A DNA stretch of 64,000 bases from Leucoraja erinacea (Eukaryota): assembly GCF_028641065.1 (NCBI RefSeq), contig NC_073396.1:19964001-20028000 (forward strand), in the 5' to 3' direction. How positions within the stretch are numbered: the first letter of the stretch is position 1; every line of letters starts with the position of its first letter. The notes beneath the pieces were generated by a model. That model was not told where the DNA came from. It was given only the letters and a program-made list of their open reading frames with translations, and ran no database searches. Below are positions 1-13,067 of the stretch, in pieces. Both the position numbers and the translations under genes were made by a program.

Positions 1-245
1 GGTACAGTAAAAAGCTTTGGTTTATGGACTGTCGTTGCACTACTGTCTTTGGGTTTTGTACTAGTATTATGGTTAATAATTTATTGATTTAAAAAAAAAA
101 GAGATTATTATGTTTTATCAGTGATTTTGCCTTAATGGGCCTGTGAAGCTACTGCAAGTAAATATTTAATTGTTCTGATGTCGGTACTTAAGACAATGAA
201 ATAGTGTAACAAAGAACTGCAGATGCTGGTTTAAATCAAAGATTG

Positions 246-420
246 ACACAAAATGCTGGAGTAACTCAGCGGGTGAGGCACCATGTCTGGAGAGAAGGAA
301 TGGGTGACGTTTTGGGTCTTCAGACTTGAGTCTGAAGAAGGGTCTCGACCCGAAGTGTCGCCTATTCCTTTTCTCTAGAAATGCTGCCTCACCCATTGAG
401 TTACTCCAGCATTTTGTGTT
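246..420. mobile_element. Inverted pair of Penelope-derived terminal repeats (long hairpin) with a degenerate hammerhead-like core at 332-359
   Basis: acacaaaatgctggagtaactca...ggtgac is the reverse complement of gtcgcc...tgagttactccagcattttgtgt; the core reads ctgaagaagggtctcgacccgaagtgtc. Confidence 0.65.
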
Positions 421-3400
421 TACAATGAAACAGTCTTGACTTGGCTATTAAAAGAAGCACAGCAGGTAGTATACAATCTACACATATCACATGATAAGAA
501 GTAGTCAATTTTTAGAGATGGTATTTGCAAGTGTAAATGTTGCCCAGGATGCTGAGAGAATGCCACATGGTCACAGGGAAAAGGTGCAAACTCCGCACAG
601 ACAGTATCCGAGGTCAGGATTGAACCCGGGTCTCTCATGCTGTGAGGCAGCAGTGCTTCCAGCTGTACAACAGATGCCTCGCCAGTACCTCGCCAACGTT
701 GCCCAGTACAGAGTTAGATAATGAGGAGCAGTGGCAAATGTAAACCCATTCTTCCCCGGCACCTACAGTCTGGGGAGCTCCTGGCTGGGAGCCAGCAGGC
801 TGTCTCTGCACAGGAGTTAAAGGCATGATGAACTTCTTGAAGCACAGTTTGGAGCAAAAACCTTGCTGCGAGACCTGGAAAAGGAGAATTCTTCACCTCC
901 TTCCAGTTAGCTAGTATTGGAATGCAGATGTGTGTGGAATTTGGAGAGTACAGGATCTGTGATTACCCTGTTCCCCCCCCTTAGTCAGCCGGCTAGACAG
1001 CTGACTAAACTGTCTGGACACAAACGTAAAGAATGGTCCCATGGTGAAACGCTGCCTCTCAGTCTGTGTAAGTCTGGCGTGAGCTGCAGCAGCCAGGAAG
1101 AGCGGAGACTGATTACTATTTCTCTAATATTTAAGAACATGTTAAAAAAAACAGTATGATCAAGAGCACATCCCGGTTGGCTGTCTGGGGGGGGTGGTGG
1201 GGCTGCCTGGCGGAGCTCGGATTACATTATACTCCCTCTTAGAAATAAAACAAGAACCTGAGGAAATGAAGCTGCATCGGCAGATTGAACCATCTAACTT
1301 GTTCAAGCTGGAGTGCCTGGAATGTGCTACCATGGGTGGTGGCGGAGTTGATATCATTCATAGTGGTGTTTCAGAGACTTGTGGATAGACACATGGATAT
1401 GCAGCGAATGAAGGGATATGGATCAAGTGCAGGCAGATAAGGGTTGGTCTTGGCAACATGTTCGACACAGACATTGTGGGCTAAGAGTCACGAGAGTTGA
1501 AAGTGTTTAATTGTCAAATGGAACAATGAAATTCTTTTAGATAGGCACATGGATATGGATCACTTGCAGGCTTGGAGTTTAGTTTAACTTGGCATCATGT
1601 TCAGCCTGTGGGCTGATGGGTCTGTCCCTGTGATGTGCTTTGGGTTCTAACTTAATGAGATGCCTCTACAACAGTATAAGTTTGAATAGATAGATACATG
1701 AATAGGAAAGTTTAGAGGGAGATGGGCCAAATGCTGGCAGGGGAGACTAGTTTAGATCTTGGTCAGCATGGGCTAGTTGGATTGAAGGGCCTGTTTCCAT
1801 GCTACGACAATGATAAATCAAGATCATGCAAATCAATATTTATAATTTAAACCTTTTAAAATCTTGTTAATACTCTGGTGCAAAACATGCAGTGCTAAAG
1901 GAAATCAGCGGATCAGGCAGCAACTGTGGGGGGAATGGAGAGATAACGTTTTGGGTCGGGACCCTTCTTCACACTTTCTGTGGCGTATCTGCTCAGCAAT
2001 CTACCCGGGGCGATGGATCTCGGGACATGCTGAGCTTGGCGCGGGGGGTCAGTTCTCCCAGCGAGAGTCCAACAGGCTGTGTGACCGAAAGTCATTCCCT
2101 CGGCTTCCACCTGACCGTGCCACAGGGCAAGTGACTGCGAAGGGAGCCAATAATGGGATTCTTGGTTGGTTCTTGAATGTGTTTAGCCAGTGGTATGATA
2201 AAAGGTGCAGTGTTTGACCATCGCAACTCTATCTTTAAGTTCACTGTTGGTCGGATCTACAACAATGAGACGGTAGGGAAAGAAGATCGAGAACCTCGTG
2301 TCATGGAGCCAGGATATCAGCTAGTCATAAATATCAACAAGACTAAAGAGTTGGTTATTGACCTAAGGAGGGTGAACAAACCCTGTCCTTATCAACAGAG
2401 CTGCTGTAGAGATAGTCAACAGCTTCATGTACTTAGTCATCCATATCACCAGCAACCCAACCTGGTCCCTTCACACTGATTTGATGATCAACAAAACGCT
2501 CAGAGTTTTTCCTTTCTTTGGCATCTGGGAAAATTCAGTATGCCGATGAGAATTCTCTCGAACCTCTACAGAAGCGGTCGGAGCTCCTGCAGCTTGGAGC
2601 TCCCGATGTCGGTCTCTAACAGACCCACGATGTCAAAGTCCGCAGGCTCCCACAGTTGGAGCTCCCGAAGACGGTCTCCAGCAAGAGGCCACCAACTCCT
2701 CGATGTTAGGCCGCAGTGCGGACGAAGATACGATACGGGTAAAAAAAATTACATCTCCATCGAGGTAATAGATTAAAAAAGGTTCCCCCCACATAAAACA
2801 AGCTAAAGAACACTAAAAACATACATTTAACATACTATTAAAACAACAACGAAGGAAGGGACAGATAGACTGTTGGCGAGGCAGCCATTGCTGGCAACAC
2901 CAGAGACCTGGATTTGATCCTGACTATGGGTGCTGTCTGTATGAAGTTTGCACATTCTCTGCGTGGGTTTTTTCCGGGTGCTCCGGTTTCCTCCCACATT
3001 CCGAAGCTGTGCAAGTTTGTGGGTTAATTCTCTTCTGTAAATTGGCCCCAGTGTGTCGGAGTAGAACGTGTGTGTGTGTGTGGGTGATCGTTGGTCGGCA
3101 GACACATGATAGACCAAGGGGTTGTTTCCAAGCTGTATCTCTAAAACTAATCTAAAACACTCAAAATAGGTCCGCAAAATAGCAAGTGAGATGATGACGT
3201 ATCTAAGACAGGACCTTGGTTTAACTGTTTTGTCTGTCTTCACACAAGGCTGTGCACTATGGATGGAGTCGTCTGCTACAGCACTTTAAAAAACCACGGT
3301 TATAAGGCAGAGAAGAGAGATCTTGTGCTCATAGACTTTAGTTTAGTGATACAGTGCGGAAACAGGCCACCGAGTCCGCACAGAACAGCGATCCCCGCAC

Positions 3401-4621
3401 ATTAACACTATCCTACACACACTAGGGACAATTTACATTTATACCAAACCAATTAGCCTACAAACCTGTCCATCTTTGGAGTGTGGTAGGAAACTGAAGA
3501 GCTCGGAGAAAACCCATGCAAGTCTTGGGGAGAACGTACAAATTCCGTACGGACAAGCACCCGTAGTCAGGCTCAAACGCGGTCTCTGGCGCTCTATAGC
3601 TATGCCACCGTGCCGCCTTAATACACCCAGAGGGCCAACTTCTGCCCAGCCCACTCCCCGAGAGGCACTTTACCTGGTCAATATCCACAGAACTCTTTGA
3701 GCCTTTGGAGAGTGGCTGCTGGGTTTACTGCACAGCTGTAATGGCTGCACTTCAAACAGACTAGGGTTATTATTGTCACATGTACTGAGGTACAGAGAGC
3801 ACCTGGAAACCGGAGCACCTGGAGGAAACCCACGTGGTCACAGGGTGAACACACAGCACCAGGGGTCAGGATAGAACCTGAGGCAACAGCTCTACCTACT
3901 GCTTCACTGTGTTGTTCTCCAGTACTATGTGTTTTGCTCAAACAGGTTTTCATTGCCTGTAGAGCATTTTGGCATGTCTCAGGATTATTAAAAATGCTAT
4001 AGAAATGCAGATCTCTTGTTCATTTGTTTTATGGGGAAGGACCTTGTGTGAAGGTACAATTTGGTTGTCTTGTCGCCATGCCCTTGAACAGGTATCTATT
4101 TCAAACCAGCGGCGACCAAGATTTATTTTACCATGTGCGTGAGATTTTTTACTTGTGTGGCGAGCCCAGCGTTGAACTGAGGCCCTTTTCCGCTGCTGTT
4201 AATTAAATCCTTTTGGAGATGGAAGCAGCAGCGTACTGGAATGGGTCGGGTACATCGCTGCTTTGGGAGAGATGAAAAGGAGCCTGTGTTGGGAGTAGTC
4301 CCCTGTCAGCTGAGCACATAGCTCGGCAAACCTCAGTGTTTACTCTGTCTCTTTGCCAGAGGCTAGACAAACCCTGCAGCTCACTCGCATGTGCTGGTGG
4401 GTCACTGTGCACCCGGCCACACTGAGACTGCAAATAAAGGAATTCCACACACGGAGCACTGTTCAATGCAGTCCCTTCTGATTATTAGCAATCCGTTCAT
4501 ACCATGCAGTTCGGGGTTAGTGTGTGCCTGTGAATCATAGAGCTTTACAGAAACAGGCCCTTCAGCCCACCATGGCACTGCTGTCTGTTATACTAGTATA
4601 CATTAATTCTATTTACCTTAT

Positions 4622-4918
4622 TAGTTTAGTTTAGAGATACAGCACGGAAATAGGCCCTTTAGCCGGCAGAGTCCATGCCGACCAACAATCCCCGTACACT
4701 AACACCATCCTGCATTCGAGGGATAATTTACAATTTTTACCAAAGCCAATTAACCTGCAAACTGTACATCTGTGGAGTGTGGAAGGAAACTGGATCACCC
4801 GGAAAAAACCCCACGCGGATACAGGGAGAAACTACGTACAGACAGTATCCGTAGTCAGGATCGAACCCATGTCTCTGGTGCAGTAAGGCTGTAACTCTAC
4901 CGCTGCGCCACTGTGTCA
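4622..4918 (-). mobile_element. tRNA-derived SINE (HE1/V-SINE-like)
   Basis: Minus strand has cagtggcgcagcggtagag (A box), gggttcgatcc (B box), the central domain and a (taaac)n tail. Confidence 0.85.
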
Positions 4919-5086
4919 CCTCTTAGTTCCCCAGTTTTCTGTGTCTTGTCAATAAGCGAGTTTGGTATTCCGAAAATGCAAGGAATCATGGGATTTGTCA
5001 AAGATCAAACGAAATATAAATAAAAATCAAAGGATGCGCTGTAAATTTAGTGTATAGTTTGGGTCTTTTCTTGTCTTTTTTCAAGT

Positions 5087-5836
5087 TTGTATTTGTCAGG
5101 GGGCAGATATGAGTGGGAGACCTGGGGGGGGTGGAAGAGACTGGACCGGCTCTCGGAACCGCGCCTCCTCCTCCGCCAGGATCAAACCCATGCCCTGGCG
5201 TCACAAGCGCTGCCGAACCGCCACTGGACCGTCCCCGTTCCCCACCGCACTCGAATGTCCCATCCCCGCTCAGGGGGCAGGCCGGAGACGTCCGGACCGA
5301 CGGGAAACCTGCCCCCAGGCCCACAGCCAGCGCGGAGAAGTGTCAACTCCAGCCCAACCCCACTCCGACTCCCAATGGGGTGCAACGACGACGTGCCAGT
5401 TCGCCCACGGCCTGGCCGAGCTGCGCTCCCTCCCAAGTACCAGAGGGAGCCGTGCCGCACCTTGCACACCACCGGCTTCTGCCCCTACACTATCCGCTGC
5501 CATTTCATCCACAACCCCGAGGAGAAGCAAGGGCCCCAGCTTCGCCTGTGCCAGAGTGCCAGCCTGGGGTCGGCTTCCTCCAACCCGGCAATCAGTCCCG
5601 ACCTGGTGTTGGTGCTAGACCGGACTCTGGACTTAGGGCTGTGCAAGGGAGGAAGAGGAAGTTGCTGCTGCCACCAGCAGCTCCAGCGGGCGCCCGTCCT
5701 GCCCATGGCCGGCAGGAGCCCGTCCGCAGACTCTCTCTCCGACCAGGACGACTCCAGCAGCAGCAGCTCCGAGTTGCCCGTCTTTGAGCAGGGCTGGTGG
5801 CTGCCCATCTTCAGCAGGATCTCGGTGTTGGACTGA
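5087..5836 (+). pseudogene. Degraded ZFP36/TIS11-family (ZFP36L1/L2-like) CCCH zinc-finger gene copy
   Basis: The open frame encodes KYQREPCRTLHTTGFCPYTIRCHFIHNPEE (TIS11 second finger, C-x8-C-x5-C-x3-H intact, 5453-5512) and the C-terminus SLSDQD...LPIFSRISVLD*. The remnant of finger 1 (CQFAHGLAELRSL, from 5394) is in another frame and its YKTELC lead-in is missing. The ORF starts at TTG, not ATG. Confidence 0.8.
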
Positions 5837-7234
5837 GGGGAGGGGGGTGGAGGTGGAGGGCTGCCGGCCAACCCGGCGGGACAGGCAGAGCCGAGCTGGA
5901 GCCAGCGGCTGCAACGCCAGCTGCATGTCCGGGGCCACCCCGCCAGCCCAGGGTCACCCCGGACACCTCCGGCCAGGGATGGGAAACCGGGGAGGGGATG
6001 GGGACGGCCCAGCAGCAACTCAACAGCACTGGCAGCGACAGAGAGCTGGGCCCAACCCCGACCACGGATGAAATGCAAGCCTGCACACAATGCAGCACCA
6101 CCATGCCCGAGACTGTTTGTCGCTTGTGACCTATGATCTGGGCATGCGCAGTCGGAATACCGAACTCGCTTATTCAAGTCCATCACACCATCTAGACTTT
6201 GAGGTTTTTTTGCACTAGTATTGGGGTTATTAATTTATCAAATTTGATTTTATTATATTATCTATGTATATTGCCTGTTACACTGTTGCAAGTAAGAATT
6301 TCATTGTTCCGTTCTCGGTACATATGACAATTAAACACTCTCTTGATACCCACCTTACACTTTATGCTGCCTCGGAAAAGCAACCACATAATCCAGGATC
6401 AATTCCATTCCAGTTATTCCCTCTTCTCCCCTCTCCCACAGATACAAAACTTTGAAGCGCATACCATCAGACTCTTCTCCACTGTTACCAGACTATTGAG
6501 GGTGGGAGGGAGCACGAGAGGGAGGGAGTGCTGGGTGGGGGTGGGGTGCAGGGCTGGGATGGGATAGGGAGGTAACGTGGGGCCGCATCTCTAGGAAGGG
6601 AGTGTGGGAGAGATGATAGCAGCAGCTTCTCCCACGGGACATCAGTGAGGAACTGCAGAGTGGGTGCCTACATTCATCTTCCAGCTTGGGGTCAGTGGAA
6701 AGGGAAATCTAGATGGCCATTGTTCCTATTCTTCCTTTCCACAAGGCAGTGGGTGTAGCCTGAGTTGGAGGCCTGTCTTAACTCCTCCCTCATAAACTGG
6801 GAGAGAACATGGGACATTTTTATATTTTCTCAGAATGAAAATATAGTGGCCCAGATATTAAGTAGCACCACTACAGTCACAAAGTTGCCACTGCACAGTG
6901 CACCAGTAATGGTTTATTACGGCCATGTGTACCGTGGATATTAGTCAAATCATAAAATATATGAGTATAATCAAGGCATACACATGTCCAGCAAATAGTG
7001 AAAAAAGAAAAGTACCAGTGAGCAAAATATAGTGTTACAGCTACAGAAAACGTGTGCTGCAACGAGGTAGACTGGAAGATAGGGAATTAATCGCTAACAT
7101 GTATGAGGTCCATTCAAGGGTCCAACAGTGGGGATGAAGCTGTTCTTGAATCTGGTGGTACGCACTTTTAACCCCTTGTATCTTGCCAGTAGGAGAGAAA
7201 AGCCCACCGCGTCTACGCTGTGATCCCTGCACAC

Positions 7235-7470
7235 AAACACTATCCTACACACACTAGGGACAATTTACATTTATACCAAGCCAATTCACCTACAAACCTG
7301 TACGTCTTTGGAGTATGGGAGGAATCAAAGATCTCGGGAAAAATCCATGCAGTCACGTGGAGAACGTACAAACTCCGTACAGTCAGCACCCGTAGTCAAG
7401 ATCGAACCCGCGATTCTGGTGCTGAAAGCGCTGTAAGGCGGCAACTCTACTGTTGCACCACCGTGCCGCC
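7235..7470 (-). mobile_element. tRNA-derived SINE
   Basis: Same family in minus orientation. Confidence 0.8.
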
Positions 7471-7557
7471 CAACCATCCAGGAGTACGCACATGCCCTGG
7501 AGAACAGCACGGTTGGCTGTACCCAACCCCCATCAGGCTCTTGAACACTATCCATTG

Positions 7558-7855
7558 GGGCGGCATAGTGGATTAGCGGTACAATTGCTGCCTTGCAGCA
7601 CCAGGGACCCAGGTTCTATCCTGACTACGAATGCTGTCTGTCCAGAGTTTGCACATTCTCCCTGTGACTGGGTTTTCTCTCGGTGCTCTAGTTTCCTTTC
7701 ACATTCCATAGACGTGTAGGTTTTTAGGTTAATTGGCTTTTGTAAAAAAACATTCTTCATAAAGTGTTAGATAGAACTAGTGTACATGATTGCTGTTCGG
7801 CACAGACTCAGTGGGCTGAATGCCCTGTTTCTACGCTATATCTCTAAACTAAACT
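7558..7855 (+). mobile_element. tRNA-derived SINE
   Basis: gggcggcatagtgg...caggttctatcctgactac...tctctaaactaaac. Confidence 0.82.
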
Positions 7856-10837
7856 ATAAACACCAACTAAACTAGGAGCTGTCCTGGTTGCACTAGGGAC
7901 TTCAGACTTTTTATTGCTAATATTGTTTTTTTAATTTTTAATTTTTTTTATTTGTTCGTTAAGTTATCTATGAGTACTGTGTTTGCTGGCCTGTTGTGCT
8001 GCTGCAAGTAAGAATTTCATTGTTTCTCTTTCCATACATATGACAATTAAACGCTCTTAACTGTTGAAAACTTGTGGATGTGTTATGAAGGGTGCAGCCT
8101 CTCTTTTCAATCGTGTGGTGAACCTGCTGTCACATGGAACACAGAGAATTGAAACAAGTGGATGATTTTTAAGGCTGGAGGGATGTAACTCGTGCAATAA
8201 CCCAGAGATCAGTTCTTGGCCCTCAATTAATGACCTAGAGAAGAGAACAAAATGTAGACACTGGGAACTGCAGGTGCTGGAATCTTATGTAGAACACAAC
8301 GTGCTAGAGTGACTCAGCTGGTCAGGCAACATTTCTGGAGGATATGCATAGGCGATGTTTGAAGGGTGCAATCCTGAAATGTTGTCTATGTGCAAAGAGC
8401 ACAAAATATCAGGCTTCCATGGAGACACTAGGACCTGTACACACTGGAAACTTGAGCAAAACAAAGGTGCTGGAGGAAATGGACATAGACATTTTAGGTA
8501 CATTTGTCAGATGCTGCTTGACCCGCTGAGTTCCTCCAGTACCTTGTTTTTTGCTCAAGATTCCATCATCTGCAGTTTCTCGTGTCTCCTGAACTGGTTC
8601 TTGTGCTGCGCTCCATGGAATGCATTTTCAATAGTATTGCATTAAAATAAGTGGTGCCACATGTCGGAGTTTCTGGGCTAACGCCTGTTTCACTATATAA
8701 CTTGCAACAGTCAGTAAAACTCCAAGCCGGTCGTATATTCCAGGATCTGTGATTGACCAAAAGGTCCTCTGTCTGAATTTCTCGAACAGACTCACCACTG
8801 AATGTTTGGAACTATTCCGGCAGCTATTCCAGACTGTTCAAATATTTTCATTTAAAGCTAATTAATCTTTGAGCAAAGACAAAGCATGTTCTTTATTTAT
8901 AAAAGGAACGTAAGCTTGATTTAGGATTGTTGTGTGTGTGTGATGATTAAGGAGGCAATAGAAAGTGTCCTATTCAGATGCATCACAGCTTGGTTTGGTA
9001 ACTGCTCTGCCCAAGACCATTAGAAATGTGGACACTGCCCAGTCCATCACACAGCTCCCCCCCTCCCCAACACCTCTATCTTCACTTCATGCTGCCTCGG
9101 CAAAGCAACCAATGTAATCAAGAACCACTTGCCCCCAGTCAATCCCTCGTCTGCCCTCGCCCATCAGGCAGAAGATACAGAAGCCTGAAAGCGTGTATCA
9201 CCAGACTCAAGAACAACTTCTTTCCTGCTGTTGTCAGACTCTCATATATGCTAGGAATGAATTCCCAATCTTCCAATCTACCTAGTTGTTATCTTTGCAC
9301 TTTATTTAATCTCACTTTCTCTGCAGCTGTAACACTATATTTTGAGCTCTGTTTTCTTTCACTTGCATGAAGTTGGCAGATCTCATACAATGTTGGAAAA
9401 TGTGAGTGGGTCTACGTTGAAAAGGAAGACTAAGAAAGCAAATTATTATTTGAGGACTGAAACTATAAAACATTGCAGCACAGATGCGTCTGGGGTCTCA
9501 ATGTGTGAAACGGTGAGTGCAAGAATAGTAAGGCATTAGGAAGGCCTTTGTTGCGAGGAGGGGGATTATTAAAGCTTGGAGGTTTTGAGGTAATTTTATC
9601 AGGAATATGGCTTAGCTTCCATATTTATGGCATTGTATACTTGGTTTGGGTGCAGTGCAGATAAGGTTCAGGGAGTGGATTTATTGGATGAAGAAGGGGT
9701 AGGCCAACACTTTTGTTGACAAGAATGGGAGATGATTTTATTGGTAGATATAAGACTCTGCAGGGATTGACTGGGTGGAACCCAAGGATCTTTCCCCTGG
9801 TGGGGTTATCTAGATCATGAGCCAGTTTCAGAGTAAGTGGAGCCCATTCGAGATGAGGAATTTCCTCTCTGAAAGTGTTGTGAATCTTTGACAACCCTGA
9901 GGGCTGTGGAAGTGTAATATATTGAAGGTGCAGGTTGGTCAACATTTGATCCACAAGGGAGTTATTAACAGGATGGGGATGGAACACGAAGGTGATGCTG
10001 AGGACAAGATTGGATGAGCGTGATGTTAATGAATGATGTGAGAGGAGAGACCAATCTCCTTGCACTCCTGTTCTGGGTGTGTGGGATGTTTATCTGTACC
10101 GTTTCATCTAGGGAAATGCATGCCCCACTCTGTGTGCTGTAAGTTGTGGAGGTGCAGAGGAAGTCCGCTCGTAAACTCACAACCTTGTCTTCCATATTTC
10201 ACAACCTCTCAGTTGTGATCAAGAATGGTAACAAGTTTGGTTGTAATTACTGTCATATGCGCTAGGGTTCTCCTCAATCATCTGCTCCCAGACACTGAGC
10301 CACCTCCTCCGTGTCCAGTGCCGTGTCTTGTGGACATGATCTTCAGTGCCTGACCACTGTGAGGGAGTTTGGAGGGCAGACGAGTTGTTCCATAGAATCA
10401 CAGACTTGAATTGGGACCACACATCGACCAACAAGACCGCTTATGAAAACGCAAACAGTTATTTTTTAGGAATGCAGACACCTAAAACAGCATTCCCTTA
10501 CCACTTTACCAAGGGATGGCTCTCTGGATATGCAAATATTGATTGAGGGAACAAATATGTCTGTGGCCATGCATTAAGTGTGGAGTAGCCAGTCTGAACC
10601 TTGCCACAATCTCATCGTGGAGATACAGTGCTGGCTGCTTCAGAGAGACTTTTGTCTATTGTCTCGATGAGGAGTTTACACTGTTGCCAAATGCTGGTGT
10701 CCCACTCCTGATAGCTGGTGTTGGAGCTCTCTGTGGCAGTGGTCATCCCATTACTTGACAAAGTACCTCTGCACAAATGTCAATTGCAGAGATCGTCTTG
10801 GTAGTTTGCATTGTTACAGGTTGCTATGCCCATAAAT

Positions 10838-11389
10838 CAGTGTTTCCCAACCAGGGTTCCATGAGAGGTCGCTAGGGGTTCTGAGAGAAATATTAATGAA
10901 TAGGCTAATCATAATGCATTTTGGAGTCATTTTTGTGTTTAATTTCATATTCATAATTTTATTATACACGCATGGCATACTTAGCGAAGTCTATTTAGCA
11001 TATTTTGCAACATCATATTTAGCAATGTCTAAACAATGCCAGTGTGAAACGGCCTTCAGTGGTCAGTGGACAGGAGCTGTACGTGACGGATTCATGTATC
11101 ATCAAGTGACTCACTCGAGTACCGGCGCATGCACGGTCTCCATCAGTCGTGTCCGTGCTTCCTGGCACGCAGCTCATTTTTGCATTGTCAATAAAATTGA
11201 GAAAAACGTAAATTATTTTTTGCTTCAACCAGTTATCAGTAAAATATATTATGTTTGCCCTATGAACTTTAAGTTTATGAAAAAGAAAGAAAGATATTAA
11301 TAGAGATATATAATTTTTATTTGGGGGTTCCCTGAGACATGAAAATTATTTCAAGGGTTCCGCAAAGGTAATAAGGTGGATAAACGCTG
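10838..11389. mobile_element. Non-autonomous hAT (Charlie-like) DNA transposon
   Basis: Termini cagtgtttcccaacc and ggtggataaacgctg form an imperfect terminal inverted repeat (TIR); 8-bp flanks ccataaat and ccataact match at 7/8. Confidence 0.75.
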
Positions 11390-11539
11390 CCATAACTGGT
11401 TAGAGTTGCCCAACGTCACCACGTGATAACGTCACCTTCCAACAAAGCGGACACGTCGAGACCCTGGCAGGCCTGCACCACTCCCCATGTCTCTTCACGA
11501 AGCCTCGCGTTGACGGAAACATGTCTCATCAGCCATCTG

Positions 11540-11830
11540 AGGGGCAGCACGGTAGTGCAGTGGTTAGAGCCGCTGCCTTACACCACCAGAGACTCGGGTT
11601 CCATCCTGATCTCCGGCGCTGTCTGGGTGGAGTTTGCATGCTCTCCTTGTGGTCACGTGGGTTTCCTCCGGATGCTCCAGTTTCCTCCTACATCTCAAAA
11701 TGCATGCGTTTGTAGGTTAATTGTAATTATGGGCAACAGATGATAAAGTGTGATAATATGGAACTGGTGTGAATGGGTGATTGATGGTCAGTGTGGACTC
11801 TGTGGGCTGAAGGTCCTATTTCCATACTAA
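11540..11830 (+). mobile_element. tRNA-derived SINE
   Basis: ggcagcacggtagtgcagtggttagag...gggttccatcc... Confidence 0.8.
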
Positions 11831-12830
11831 AGTAAAAAAACAAAATCCATATTTCACTAGCACGGACAGGTCAAAGAATGTTTAGAGATCAAGTACTCAA
11901 ACCAAGGTGGGATGTCGTCGTCTCAGTTTGCACCTTTGCACTTTTATATCTGAACCGCTCGGTGAGGCCATCTCCTGTGGCCGTTCACACTGCCTGGTCG
12001 CAGTAGGAATCGCATGTCCCTGTGCCTCAGTTCAAACGAGAGGCCAGGTTCACAATTCCGCTGCTGATTGCTGGAAGGCATTTGGCTGCAGAATTCCACA
12101 GCGTCTGGACTGCTTGGATCAGTGCCAGTTACAAGGTAAGCACTCAAGATGTGTAGCCATTACATTCTCCCCGTGTCTTGTGGCTGAGCGCCACTCCCCC
12201 AATCTTATTATTTACCTGTACGGGTTATTTATTAATTGCCTCCCTTTTGCTGAGCCCACCTTGAGGAAGTACTCTCTGCTACCCTCGCCCAGTGTGTGTC
12301 TTTGAGCAGGCGCAGTGGAAAGGGAGAGGGGAGTCCTTGGCTGGGCCCTGACTGTGGAAACAGTGCTTCCTGTTTGCCAGCTCCCAGTTCAGAAACTAAA
12401 ATAATCCACCATTCATGACTGACTGTCCTCTCTCTCCTCTCAGCAGACTGACTGCCTGCAAACCCACTGCCCCTTTGTCTCCCTTTCACCTTGCTTGTAC
12501 AAGACATTTATTTATAATTTCCCCACCCCCTCTGCCTCTGGCGCCTGGGATTGCCAGTTCTCCGGATTAGCTGGGAGTCTCGAGGCCGGTCCACAGGGCA
12601 CTGCCCTCTCTGCTCCGGCTCGGGGGTGACACTATCGAGTCAGGGGGGTGAGTTGAACACCCACCCAAGTAAAAATCAGGGCTGCCTCTTCAGTGAAATG
12701 CCAGTGGAGATTTCTATTTGATTCCCAGTCCAGTCCTTCTGCAATGCCCAAAATGGTTTTAGAGCCCTAGAGCTATACAGCACGGATGTTGGCCCTTCAG
12801 CCCACCTTGTCCATGCTAGGCATCCTGCTC

Positions 12831-13067
12831 GGCACAGAATTGTGAGCCAAAGAGCCTGCTCCTGTGCTGTAATGTTCAGTATTCTGTGCTAAACAAGATG
12901 ACATAGTGTCCACGACTGAAACATTGTGGGTCGAATGGCTTATTACTGTGATGTACTGTTCAGTGTTCTGTGCGAAACCAGGTGACAAATTGGGCTAGTC
13001 CCACGACACAGACATTGTGGGCCAAAGGGCCTGTTCCTATAATGTACAATTCTGTGCTGAGCAAGTT
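12831..13067 (+). repeat. Three diverged tandem copies of an ~80-90 bp retroelement-tail unit
   Basis: Recurring cacagacattgtgggccaaagggcctgttcct...ttctgtgc. Confidence 0.6.

Noticed and set aside
4860-4915. tRNA-like A/B boxes in many places
   Set aside because: These are SINE heads with no complete cloverleaf, so no tRNA gene was called.
5485-6186. 233-aa antisense ORF over the ZFP36-like sequence
   Set aside because: Shadow ORF of GC-rich coding-derived DNA.
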